A stretch of DNA of 64,000 nt from Verrucomicrobiota bacterium (lineage in GTDB: Bacteria; Verrucomicrobiota; Verrucomicrobiia; Limisphaerales; JADLHS01). The notes beneath the pieces were generated by a model, which had not been told where the DNA came from, did not search any database, and was given only the letters and a program-made list of their open reading frames with translations. How positions within the stretch are numbered: the first letter of the stretch is position 1; every line of letters starts with the position of its first letter. Both the position numbers and the translations under genes were made by a program. Of this stretch, positions 38,217-46,685 are shown one piece after another. The DNA lies in contig JANXWY010000207.1 of NCBI GenBank assembly GCA_025350905.1, positions 7,747 to 71,746 on the forward strand, written 5' to 3'.

Positions 38217-39818
38217 TTACTTCGAACTGGTACCGGTGGCACTGCCACTGTCCTTTGCACTCCAGTCGTTCAAGCTGCCGAAAGCTGGCTTACCGCTATC
38301 CCAAGCATTCCAACCTTCTTTCACTTCTTCTTTCCCGGTTGACTTCAAATAATCCGTGTGCGCCGGTTGAAAATCCGCATCTTGGACAATCGTCGGCGTG
38401 AGGAAAATGATTAGATTATTCCGATCCAGGGACTTGCTGTCATGGCGAAATAGCAGACCCAATCCTGGAATATCACCCAGCAGCGGCACCTTGACATTAC
38501 GCGAGCCAGTCTGGTCTTGAATCAAGCCGCCCATCACCAAAGTGTTGCCACTTGGAATTAGAACCGAGGTATCTAATTTGCGTGTGAAGAAAGAATCAAC
38601 GTCATTGTTTTGGCTGCCGACAGTACTTTGGAATTTCGGTCCAAGCCGCAAAATGCTTTGCAGGACTTTTAGTTCGATGAAATTGTTGGCCGCAATGCGC
38701 GGCGTGACATCTAGATTCACCGTCAGATTGGAATAGGAGATGGTCGAACCGCCGGTGGTATTCGCCGTTCCCGCGCTGGTGTTCACGATCGGGAACAAGA
38801 GGCCAACATCAATGGTTGCCTTGGTATTGTCCAACGTCACCATGCGCGGCTCGGAAACTACTTTGGTGTCACCGGATTCATTGAGGAACGACAAGGCGCC
38901 TTTGACGCCGTCGGCATTCAGGAACAAAGCCGCGGGACTGCCCATGCTCGACAAGACCACCGCAGGATTCAAAAGTACGCCGCCCGGAATTGCGGGCGTC
39001 GGCGGGGTGCCCGGCGCGCCAGCATACGAGGGAGTTCCGGCCACGGCATTGTTGCCGGCGGAAAAATTCTGTCTGGCGAGAGTCCCCGACCAATCAATGC
39101 CCTTCGCCGTGTGGGGACTGAGAGTGGTTTCAAGAATCTTGGCTTCCAGGAGCACTTGCTTGGTTTGGGTATCGAGACTGGCGACCAGTTTGTCGATGGC
39201 ATCCTGTTCCTTTTCGGTCGCGGTGACGACAAGTTGGCTGGTCCGGTTGTCCGCCATCGCCTTGCTCCGTCTCGGATCCGCCAGGATCCCGCTGATCGCG
39301 GCCACCATGTTGCTTGGCGAGGCGAACTTGAGCTGGATGACCCGGGTTTGCAGTGGCTCCAACGCCGCGGGGTCTTTGAGGGTGACGCGGGCGATCTTGT
39401 TCTTCGAATCCTCTACAATCTGAAGACCATAGGTGGTGACGAGCGCGGTCAAGGCTTGCTCCGCGGTGAGATTCTCCCAGCGAATGGAGATATTAGGCTG
39501 GCCGCGCACCTGGCCCTTCTCGTCCGGCTGACCATAACCAACCTTGGGATCCAAGATATAGTTGATGCCCGCCTGGCGCGCGAGGTTGTCAATGGCGGTG
39601 GTCAGCGGCACATCCTGGAATTGGATCAGCGGGATGACGCTGGCTGACGCCGGTGTCGGCGCGGCGGCCGGCGGCGGCGGCGGCGCCGGTTCTGCGGCTG
39701 CAGGAGCAGCGGCAGCTGGGGTTGGGGTGGCGGCCGGGGCGGCCGGTTCATTTTGGGCCAAGACCAGATTGCAGACGGTCAGCCCCACGAGGGTCACGAT
39801 GGCTAGTTTCGCTTTCAT
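38217..39818 (-). CDS. Secretin (PilQ/GspD family), second copy in the window
   Basis: MKAKLAIVTLVGLTVCNLVLAQ signal, Ala/Pro-rich spacer, VIPLIQFQDVPLTTAIDNLARQAGINYILDP N-domain. Secretin core ...GNTLVMGGLIQD...VPLLGDIPGLGLLFRH...LIIFLTPTIV. Confidence 0.85.
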   Translation of the reverse strand: MKAKLAIVTLVGLTVCNLVLAQNEPAAPAATPTPAAAAPAAAEPAPPPPPAAAPTPASASVIPLIQFQDVPLTTAIDNLARQAGINYILDPKVGYGQPDEKGQVRGQPNISIRWENLTAEQALTALVTTYGLQIVEDSKNKIARVTLKDPAALEPLQTRVIQLKFASPSNMVAAISGILADPRRSKAMADNRTSQLVVTATEKEQDAIDKLVASLDTQTKQVLLEAKILETTLSPHTAKGIDWSGTLARQNFSAGNNAVAGTPSYAGAPGTPPTPAIPGGVLLNPAVVLSSMGSPAALFLNADGVKGALSFLNESGDTKVVSEPRMVTLDNTKATIDVGLLFPIVNTSAGTANTTGGSTISYSNLTVNLDVTPRIAANNFIELKVLQSILRLGPKFQSTVGSQNNDVDSFFTRKLDTSVLIPSGNTLVMGGLIQDQTGSRNVKVPLLGDIPGLGLLFRHDSKSLDRNNLIIFLTPTIVQDADFQPAHTDYLKSTGKEEVKEGWNAWDSGKPAFGSLNDWSAKDSGSATGTSSK

Positions 39819-40208
39819 TTTCTTTTTTTTATTTATTCCGAAGTTGAGCAACTACAAGTTAGGAGTTGAAACAACAGCTCAACGTGCAACTTAAAATTAG
39901 CAGACGCGATGCCACGCAGGTAATTGAGGATGGAACGGGTTAAATACGGCGCAGGCATTCGTAAGTTGCGATGGGGTTTGTCCACCTACGGGACAAGACT
40001 GCTTCCAGGCCGTGGGCGGAAGTTCAGGAGCGACGGCGCACTTCCAGATTGCGACCGAGTGCTTGGACTACCTATGAATCTGGCAGCGGGACGAGGTCCG
40101 GGTTATGGCGAGGAAACGGAAGGATGGAACGATGAGAATCTGAGACCGCAGTACTCCTTCCCGTCGGCGACGAACTGCAACCAGCGGTTCAGGAGATTTC
40201 GTTCGGAA

Positions 40209-40727
40209 TCACTTTTGGGGTTGGAGGCGCAATTCACGGCGCTCGCCACCCACCTGCACGAGAACGGTACCATGAACCATATTGATCGCTACGCACCGCA
40301 CGCGCATGCGGCCGGCCGTGGTGATGACATCATTCTCCTCCCCCGTCGTAAAGGTGGTGTTGTTGATAATAGCCAATGGCTCCGCCGCAGTGCCGGAAAT
40401 ACCTTTGAGCGAGAGATCGCCCACGGAAACCACCGGACCGGTCGACTTCACCGGGGTATCGGAAACGTAAACTCGGGTGGAGCCGGGAAAGAAGGGGTCT
40501 TTGCCTTCCGAAGATTTTTTGGGAATGACGAATACCGATTGCGGTGGCGGCACCAGCACGTTGGACGGAGTGGGTTCGCTCCGGACGCCTTCCGTGGCCG
40601 GCTTGGCCGTGGGGGAGTTTGTGGTGGCCGCAGACAAGGTCAGGACCAAGGTTGCCAGGGTCAGCGAAATTTGGACGGCGCGCGGTTGGAGTTGCCGGAG
40701 GTTCATGGCGTCGATTTGGGCGATCAC
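40209..40727 (-). CDS. PilP-like periplasmic pilus-assembly protein (no lipobox)
   Basis: Signal-like N-terminus, Pro/Thr-rich linker. C-terminal beta domain LSLKGISGTAAEPLAIINNTTFTTGEENDV...GTVLVQVGGERRELRL. ATGA overlap with the upstream pilO-like gene. Confidence 0.55.
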   Translation of the reverse strand: MIAQIDAMNLRQLQPRAVQISLTLATLVLTLSAATTNSPTAKPATEGVRSEPTPSNVLVPPPQSVFVIPKKSSEGKDPFFPGSTRVYVSDTPVKSTGPVVSVGDLSLKGISGTAAEPLAIINNTTFTTGEENDVITTAGRMRVRCVAINMVHGTVLVQVGGERRELRLQPQK

Positions 40728-41311
40728 GGGTTGCTAGGTTTGACGAGCGTGATGATATCCATCTTGAACAGAAGTTTTTCCCGCTCGCCGGCGGCCGGGC
40801 TCGGATCCAAATCGAGGGCCAGGTTGACCACGCGCATCAGTGGGAATTGGTTTTCGAAATCGCTGATGAAGCGTCCCAGCTCATGGTAATAGGCCTTGCC
40901 GCCGACATTGAGCGTGGCTTGTTTGTAGGGAAAGCGCGGTAGCACGCTCACTTCGGCCTGCTGGCTGATGGGACCAAATTGTGGAATCTCGACCTTGTAG
41001 CCGCTTTTGAATCGTTTCATGGTGTTGATACTCCACGAATAGAGGTCGCCCGAAGCCATGGAGGATTCCTTCTCGCCTAAGGACTGGGAAACTTCGGCCA
41101 GGTCGGCTTCAATCTGGCCGGCATTTTTCACGGCGGTTTCCATCACTCGCAACGTACTGTCGTCTTCACCCTTTTTCTTCGCCAGGGCCGCAAGATGGTC
41201 GTATTGCTGTTTGATGACTCCATAGCCCAACCCCCCCAGCACAAGCAGAGTGGCCATGATCATGGCGATGATCTGAATCCGTTTGCCTTTGGTCATTTTG
41301 ATGGAGCTCAT
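40724..41311 (-). CDS. PilO-like bitopic pilus-assembly protein
   Basis: Start taken at the Met that gives an ATGA overlap with the pilN-like stop (41308-41311). TM IQIIAMIMATLLVLGGLGYGV, coiled-coil, periplasmic domain. Confidence 0.6.
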   Translation of the reverse strand: MSSIKMTKGKRIQIIAMIMATLLVLGGLGYGVIKQQYDHLAALAKKKGEDDSTLRVMETAVKNAGQIEADLAEVSQSLGEKESSMASGDLYSWSINTMKRFKSGYKVEIPQFGPISQQAEVSVLPRFPYKQATLNVGGKAYYHELGRFISDFENQFPLMRVVNLALDLDPSPAAGEREKLLFKMDIITLVKPSNP

Positions 41312-41979
41312 CGAGTTTTCTCCGGGTAACGACATTCGAGGGTGAAGAGGACGATGGCCCGGCCGCTATCTGGCGAAAAGGTCGGGGCGGAGAGATTTTT
41401 CAAACTGACCTGGTTGGCCGCGCTAAGTTGGCTGCGAAAATAGGGATTGGCAACGAGCGCTTCTTTGAACTTGGGGACCTGGTCCCCCGGGCTGGCGGAG
41501 GCGTCGCTGCCGTCCAAGGCAAGGGTGATTTTTTCCGTAATGGTTGCCGGGGTACCTGGCAGTACTTTGCTGCCATTGGTGCGCCCTTTGAGTTCCTCGG
41601 TCAAAAAATAAGTCTGGTCCACTTTCAGATGGACAAGTTGGAGATCGTCAACGGTGGTTTGCTGGAGTCCATTAAGCAGGTTGCCGTTCAGGAAGCGGCT
41701 GCTGGAGAGCGCGTGGAGGGCGGCGAGCTTGGCGTTGGCTTCGGCAATGAGATGACGATTCGCTAGCACTTGTTTGTACGCGGCCGCCTTCGAACTCATA
41801 ATCGCCTGGACCCGGTTGATATCCTTGTTGGCGATGATCACCAAGAGTTGCAGGGAACTGGCCCAGACCAGCATCAGAACAACCAGCAGAACCGCGACCC
41901 AAATCACGCGTTTGATCGGATCGCGCCGGCGCACCTCCTCGAGGGCTTGAGCTTCAGCAAGCAGATTTAGACGAATCAT
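41308..41979 (-). CDS. PilN-like bitopic pilus-assembly protein
   Basis: MIRLNLLAEAQALEEVRRRDP..., TM VIWVAVLLVVLMLVWASSL, periplasmic domain. Located directly after pilM. Confidence 0.7.
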   Translation of the reverse strand: MIRLNLLAEAQALEEVRRRDPIKRVIWVAVLLVVLMLVWASSLQLLVIIANKDINRVQAIMSSKAAAYKQVLANRHLIAEANAKLAALHALSSSRFLNGNLLNGLQQTTVDDLQLVHLKVDQTYFLTEELKGRTNGSKVLPGTPATITEKITLALDGSDASASPGDQVPKFKEALVANPYFRSQLSAANQVSLKNLSAPTFSPDSGRAIVLFTLECRYPEKTR

Positions 41980-41994
41980 AGGTGACGGTCAATT

Positions 41995-43071
41995 TTACAG
42001 GGCGGCCACCGCGGTGCCAATGGCGACGGCCATTTGGGCCGAAACATGTTCGATCTCCGCGGCCTGTTGGGGCGGCAAATCCATTTGCAGGAAAACGGTT
42101 GGATTCCATGTCTTGGTTTCTACCATTAATTCCTGCTGCAAAGTCTGAACGATCAGCTCCGAGCGGGTGGAGCCGCCCGTCATGAAGATTTGCGCGACCG
42201 GTCGGTCTTGCTGATGCTCATAGAAATCGACCGAAGCGCGCAATTCACGCCCCAGCGGGGAGAGCACGGATTCGAGGACGGCTGAGACTTCGGATGCCAT
42301 GCCCACTTTGATGCCTTCGGCTTCCGCGTAGCTGACACTGATGGATTCGGCGACGGCGGTCGTCAGGCGGTCGCCGCCAATATTGACAACGCGGCTTAGC
42401 ACCAATTCACCCTGCTGAATAATGCAGATGGAGGACGATTTAAAACCAATGTCCACGAGCGCGACCACCTCATTAGCAAAGATATCAGGAAAAGCCATTT
42501 CGAAGGCATTCACCGGGCCGATGAGGCCGGGAGCGATTACCTCGGCCACCAACCCGGCATTCTTGGCGGCCGCTACATAATCGTCAACCAACTGTTTCTT
42601 TCCGCCGGCGACCAGCACTTTACTTTTGGCGCCGACGCCGGGTGATTTTCCCCCGTCCGCCGGGCTGGCGGGCGCATCGGGCGGCAGGAAATGGCAATCG
42701 AAAATATAGTTGGAAAGATCCTGTTGCAGATAATTCCGCGAGTTGTGTTTGAGAACCAGGCGCAACTCGTCCACTGGTAAACGGGGCACCTCGACATGCC
42801 GCACCAGCGCATCGTTGACGTTGGTGGTCAGCGCCAGGGAGCGAGTCTTGGCTCCGAGAGCCTGACCGACGGCGCGCAGATGTTCCGCCAGCATTTCCAG
42901 CGAAATGGTTTTGTCAAAGATTGGGGCATCGATTACCGCAAAGCGGGATAGGGCAAACGCGTTCCCCCGCCGCTGAAGGTGGATGGCCTTCGTGGTGCGC
43001 CCCCCAAGATCAACCGCCAAAATCTGGTCGCGCTGCTTGTTCGCTCTGTTATTTATGAATGGCCGGGCCAT
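41995..43071 (-). CDS. pilM: PilM (actin-like ATPase-fold pilus assembly protein)
   Basis: ILAVDLGGRTTKAIHL phosphate-1 motif, ALVDIGFKSSSICII, FMTGGSTRSELI. Start taken at MARPFINN; the ORF extends to 43143. Confidence 0.8.
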   Translation of the reverse strand: MARPFINNRANKQRDQILAVDLGGRTTKAIHLQRRGNAFALSRFAVIDAPIFDKTISLEMLAEHLRAVGQALGAKTRSLALTTNVNDALVRHVEVPRLPVDELRLVLKHNSRNYLQQDLSNYIFDCHFLPPDAPASPADGGKSPGVGAKSKVLVAGGKKQLVDDYVAAAKNAGLVAEVIAPGLIGPVNAFEMAFPDIFANEVVALVDIGFKSSSICIIQQGELVLSRVVNIGGDRLTTAVAESISVSYAEAEGIKVGMASEVSAVLESVLSPLGRELRASVDFYEHQQDRPVAQIFMTGGSTRSELIVQTLQQELMVETKTWNPTVFLQMDLPPQQAAEIEHVSAQMAVAIGTAVAAL

Positions 43072-43563
43072 GTGCGTTGTTATGCCGTTTACGATTTGAT
43101 TGCAAGCAGCTTCTTGGCCGGCATCGCCCACGCCCCGCACCAATACCAGCGGGGACGCGACCGGAAAAAACTGCGTTCGTCAGATTTATGACCAGCCGAT
43201 TCCATGCCAGCAACTAAAGATGATTGGAAATCCTCCGATGCGGAAGCCCAACCTGAGGCGGATATTTTTCGGCGCCTCGGGTTTTTCATTTTCCCGTGCG
43301 TCTCGGGAAACCAAATGCCGTACTGGAATGGCCTATCGCGAACGGCCGACTCCGCCACCCTAAATCGTGCGGGCCATCAAGCTGATGTCAAACTCCCATC
43401 TCAAGCCGGGAATTGGCGAAGCTCCCGCGGCGCCTTAAGTGTCGGTCCGAAATAGTCCGGACTGATCACCCAACCCGACCGCGACCTCTTCCACGCCAAT
43501 GCCCACGCGTCCGTCGAAAAAAATGGTTGGCAAGCACTTTCCGGTTTGGGGAAGATAAACCCC

Positions 43564-45330
43564 ATGGACGACAAAGTGGTCTTGACGTACCCGCCGGCTT
43601 CTGCGGAAGAAGTTCAACTGGGCTGGCATGAACTGAAGCTCCGCGTAGCGCAGCTCGAAGCTGAGCACGCCGTCCTGGAACACGATGCCAAACTGCTTCG
43701 CGCCCTGATTGAACGCGTCATCGAGCACCGGCAAAAATCCCACGGCGAACTCGTGCTGCTGTTGTCCGGCCTGGTGAGCAAACTGCCGATCAACGACATC
43801 GGGGTCGTCATTTCCAAACTCGTCGAACACAATGCCCACGTGAACGAGGTCTGCGCCGCCCTCCTGCGGGGCCGGGCGGACGCCCCCCTGCCCCAGGCCT
43901 CCGTGCTGGTGGCTCTCGACCAGGTCAAGCGCGACCTGGCGGCGGCCGTGAAGCCCGCCGTCGAGGAATTGATCCGACTGGAGCCGTCGCTGGAAAAATC
44001 CCTGCTCGCTTCCCTCATTGAGCAGCCCGGGAACTTTTTCCTGCCCGCCATGGTTCGCGCCAACCGTTGCTTCATCAAAGGCCAGTTACCCAAGGAGCGC
44101 ATTCTCCGCGAATTCGGCGAAGCCGCGCTCATTTTTTTCAACGACCTCACCACCGATCCCAAGCTGAATCCGCGCCCCAAACCCGATGAAATCGTACTCG
44201 CGTTCAAAAGCGATTTTGAAGCGCTGTTTCAGCAAAACCCGACGCTCCTCCCGGATACCCGGGACGCCTTGTTCGCGTTGTACAAGCGAATTCAGCGCAC
44301 CAAATTGCTCACCGACCCGCACCGGGCCCAAAAAAATGCGTTCCTCCGACTGTCCTTCGTCCTCGAATTGCTGCACTACTACGAAAACCAAGGCACCGAG
44401 TCACCCGAGGGGGTTTTCGCCCAACGCCTGCCCGTCCTGATCGAACAATTTGTGATCGACGGGGCCACCGGCACGATCGACGAAAAACTGATCGCGCCGG
44501 CCGAAAGCCTGCTCGCCTTCATTATCGCCCTCGACTACCGCTTGATGGTGATCAACAACATCGGCAAGGCCGGCGCCGCCGGTAAAACCCTGCGCTATGT
44601 CCTCCGCCTGCGCGCCGAAAAGTCGCCCGAGCAAAACCCGTTCATCCTCAGCGAAGTCGTTCCCGAATTCGTCAAACATCTCGTCCCGCCGCCGCCACAA
44701 AAGCCGCCGCCGGTGGCCGCCTTGACCGCCATCTTGCGCCTCATCCCGTCCGACGCTCAACGGTTGGTCGCGCGCGGAGTCATGGCTTCGGACCGGATGC
44801 GGCGCGAGGAGGCCGAGGCCCTCGGCCGGACATTGGGCCAAGAGTTGAACCTGACCCGGCTGGAGGGTGAGGTGAAGGCGACTGCCGCCGTGGCGCCGGA
44901 AGTCGAGCGGCAACTCGCGTGGGACCAAGTCAAGGAACTCATCGAGCGGCGCGCGGAGCCCGCCGTCATCGCCAGCGCCATTCGCGACCGCTTGCACGCG
45001 CGGTACGACGCCGACGAAGTCAAACAAAGCTGGCTCATCCTCATCGAGGCCGACGTGATTTCACTGATCCGCACGTTTTGCCAACTGCCGTACCTCGCCG
45101 ATGGCAGCACCGATCCGATCGTCCGCGCGGTCATGGAAACGTACGTCACCCGGCTCACGCATGTAAAATATGGGGTCACCTACAGCAAAGTCGTCAACAG
45201 CCTGAAAAACATGTTCAAAGCCAAACCCGACAGCCCGACCCTGCTGAATTTTATTTCGCTCGTGAAATGGGTGGACGCGGAGGCCGCCCATAAATTGAGT
45301 GTTGATATCGGCTTGTCGGCCGCAACTTGA
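43564..45330 (+). CDS. Hypothetical 588-aa predominantly helical protein, no recognised domain
   Basis: Long ORF with gene-like composition. N-terminal coiled-coil (LKLRVAQLEAEHAVLEHDAKLLRALIERV) and an internal PPPPQKPPP linker. Divergent from pilM. Confidence 0.7.
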   Translation: MDDKVVLTYPPASAEEVQLGWHELKLRVAQLEAEHAVLEHDAKLLRALIERVIEHRQKSHGELVLLLSGLVSKLPINDIGVVISKLVEHNAHVNEVCAALLRGRADAPLPQASVLVALDQVKRDLAAAVKPAVEELIRLEPSLEKSLLASLIEQPGNFFLPAMVRANRCFIKGQLPKERILREFGEAALIFFNDLTTDPKLNPRPKPDEIVLAFKSDFEALFQQNPTLLPDTRDALFALYKRIQRTKLLTDPHRAQKNAFLRLSFVLELLHYYENQGTESPEGVFAQRLPVLIEQFVIDGATGTIDEKLIAPAESLLAFIIALDYRLMVINNIGKAGAAGKTLRYVLRLRAEKSPEQNPFILSEVVPEFVKHLVPPPPQKPPPVAALTAILRLIPSDAQRLVARGVMASDRMRREEAEALGRTLGQELNLTRLEGEVKATAAVAPEVERQLAWDQVKELIERRAEPAVIASAIRDRLHARYDADEVKQSWLILIEADVISLIRTFCQLPYLADGSTDPIVRAVMETYVTRLTHVKYGVTYSKVVNSLKNMFKAKPDSPTLLNFISLVKWVDAEAAHKLSVDIGLSAAT

Positions 45331-45336
45331 CCCGCT

Positions 45337-45630
45337 TCAACTGACCGCCACGAGCGAAACCCGCTCGTTCTGGTCGTTGCGGGTAATGCCCATCGCCTGC
45401 GGGTCCAAGACCAGCTGTTGACCATCCACCAGAAAGGCGTAGCGGTGATGGCCGTGCTTGAGATCGACCCGGATCATCCAGGCCTTATCCGGCATTTGCT
45501 GCATGGGATTCGCCGACCGCTTCCATTGATTGAAGTCGCCGACCAGGCTGACGGCTTGCGCCTGCGGGGCGTGGCAGATGAAATTCACGGCCCGCGTACT
45601 ATGCTGGGCGCCATAACGATTGAGGCTCAT
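45337..45630 (-). CDS. Stand-alone CBM48 / AMPK-beta-type glycogen-binding (E-set) domain protein
   Basis: 97 aa from the internal Met. VNFICHAPQAQAVSLVGDFNQW...WMIRVDLKHGHHRYAFLVDGQQLVLDP matches the CBM48 pattern. Confidence 0.8.
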   Translation of the reverse strand: MSLNRYGAQHSTRAVNFICHAPQAQAVSLVGDFNQWKRSANPMQQMPDKAWMIRVDLKHGHHRYAFLVDGQQLVLDPQAMGITRNDQNERVSLVAVS

Positions 45631-45647
45631 AGGTGAACGACGGGCGG

Positions 45648-46595
45648 TTAGCCCAATAGGTTTTGCAAAATGACGAGCGCGGCGCGGCGGACCTGCTCCG
45701 ATTGTAATTCCAAGCGGCGATACTCCTCCGTCCAACCGGCCTTCGGGTGGTGGTGCTGGCGCCAGACCGATTTGAGGACGCGTTCGGTGCGCTCCACTTG
45801 TTGCATCGCCGCCGCCAGCGACTCGCGCCCTTCGGGCAGGTCGGAAATGTTCCCCACCAGAAAACGGCTGATCCGATTCTGGTCGAACACCGCCTGCAAC
45901 AGCATCACCATGGTCTGTTCGTAGGCATACCAGCGATGCCGCAACACCTCGCGCAGGAATTCGTGGCGCACGGCGAAAAACTCGGAGCGCGGCCGTTCCG
46001 TGTACTCGCGGATGGCCTGGGCTTCGACCGGAAACCAGTTATAGAGCAGGGCGAAGGTCCCGTAGGTATCAATTTGTTGTTTGGCGTTGTTGTGATCGGT
46101 CGCGATCTCACCGATGCAGAGGTCCTGTTGCAATTCCACGCAAATTTCCGGCAGGTCGTGCAACCGGCCGAGCACCTCGCGGCCGACCGGGGTGCTGTAA
46201 TTAAAATCGCCGGGAATCAGCCAATACACATCACCCGGACCACCCTTTTCAAAGGCCTGGCCCAGACCCGAATACCACATCTGGCAGGTATCCACGCACC
46301 ACGCATCCAGAATATCCGAATGGCAGGCAACGGTTTTTTTTCGGAACTCCAGATAAGTCTTGCTCCCTTCGTTCGCATAATGCGTCTTGCGGTCGATCAC
46401 CGTGATGGGGCGAGCGTAGACATTCTTGTCCTCATCCAACCGGGCAATCAATTCGTACAAGTGCTCCAAGTCCGCGCCATCTTTAGGCTGGTGGTAGGGA
46501 TAAATGACCACGGGATGAATTTTGCCCGCCGCCCCGGATTTTCTCCCGGATGACTTCGGTTGGGCTCCGGCTTGGCGGACCGCAGAAGTTTTCAT
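45648..46595 (-). CDS. Hypothetical protein (alternating beta/alpha pattern; function unknown)
   Basis: 315 aa from MKTSAV. PVVIYPYH...ITVID...VYWLIPGDFNY segments suggest a Rossmann-like fold. I recognise no signature. Lies 17 nt upstream of the CBM48 gene. Confidence 0.7.
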   Translation of the reverse strand: MKTSAVRQAGAQPKSSGRKSGAAGKIHPVVIYPYHQPKDGADLEHLYELIARLDEDKNVYARPITVIDRKTHYANEGSKTYLEFRKKTVACHSDILDAWCVDTCQMWYSGLGQAFEKGGPGDVYWLIPGDFNYSTPVGREVLGRLHDLPEICVELQQDLCIGEIATDHNNAKQQIDTYGTFALLYNWFPVEAQAIREYTERPRSEFFAVRHEFLREVLRHRWYAYEQTMVMLLQAVFDQNRISRFLVGNISDLPEGRESLAAAMQQVERTERVLKSVWRQHHHPKAGWTEEYRRLELQSEQVRRAALVILQNLLG

Positions 46596-46685
46596 GGGCG
46601 GATAATCCAACAAACCCCGCCCGAGTGCCAAGCGTTTTTATTCCCACGCCGCGGTCCGGTATTGCTGGCTTCCGGTCACCATCGC

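Noticed and set aside
39924-40889. 321-aa plus-strand ORF spanning the pil-operon spacer and the pilP/pilO-like genes
   Set aside because: It is Arg/Gly-rich and overlaps the translationally coupled minus-strand pil genes. It has no motif.
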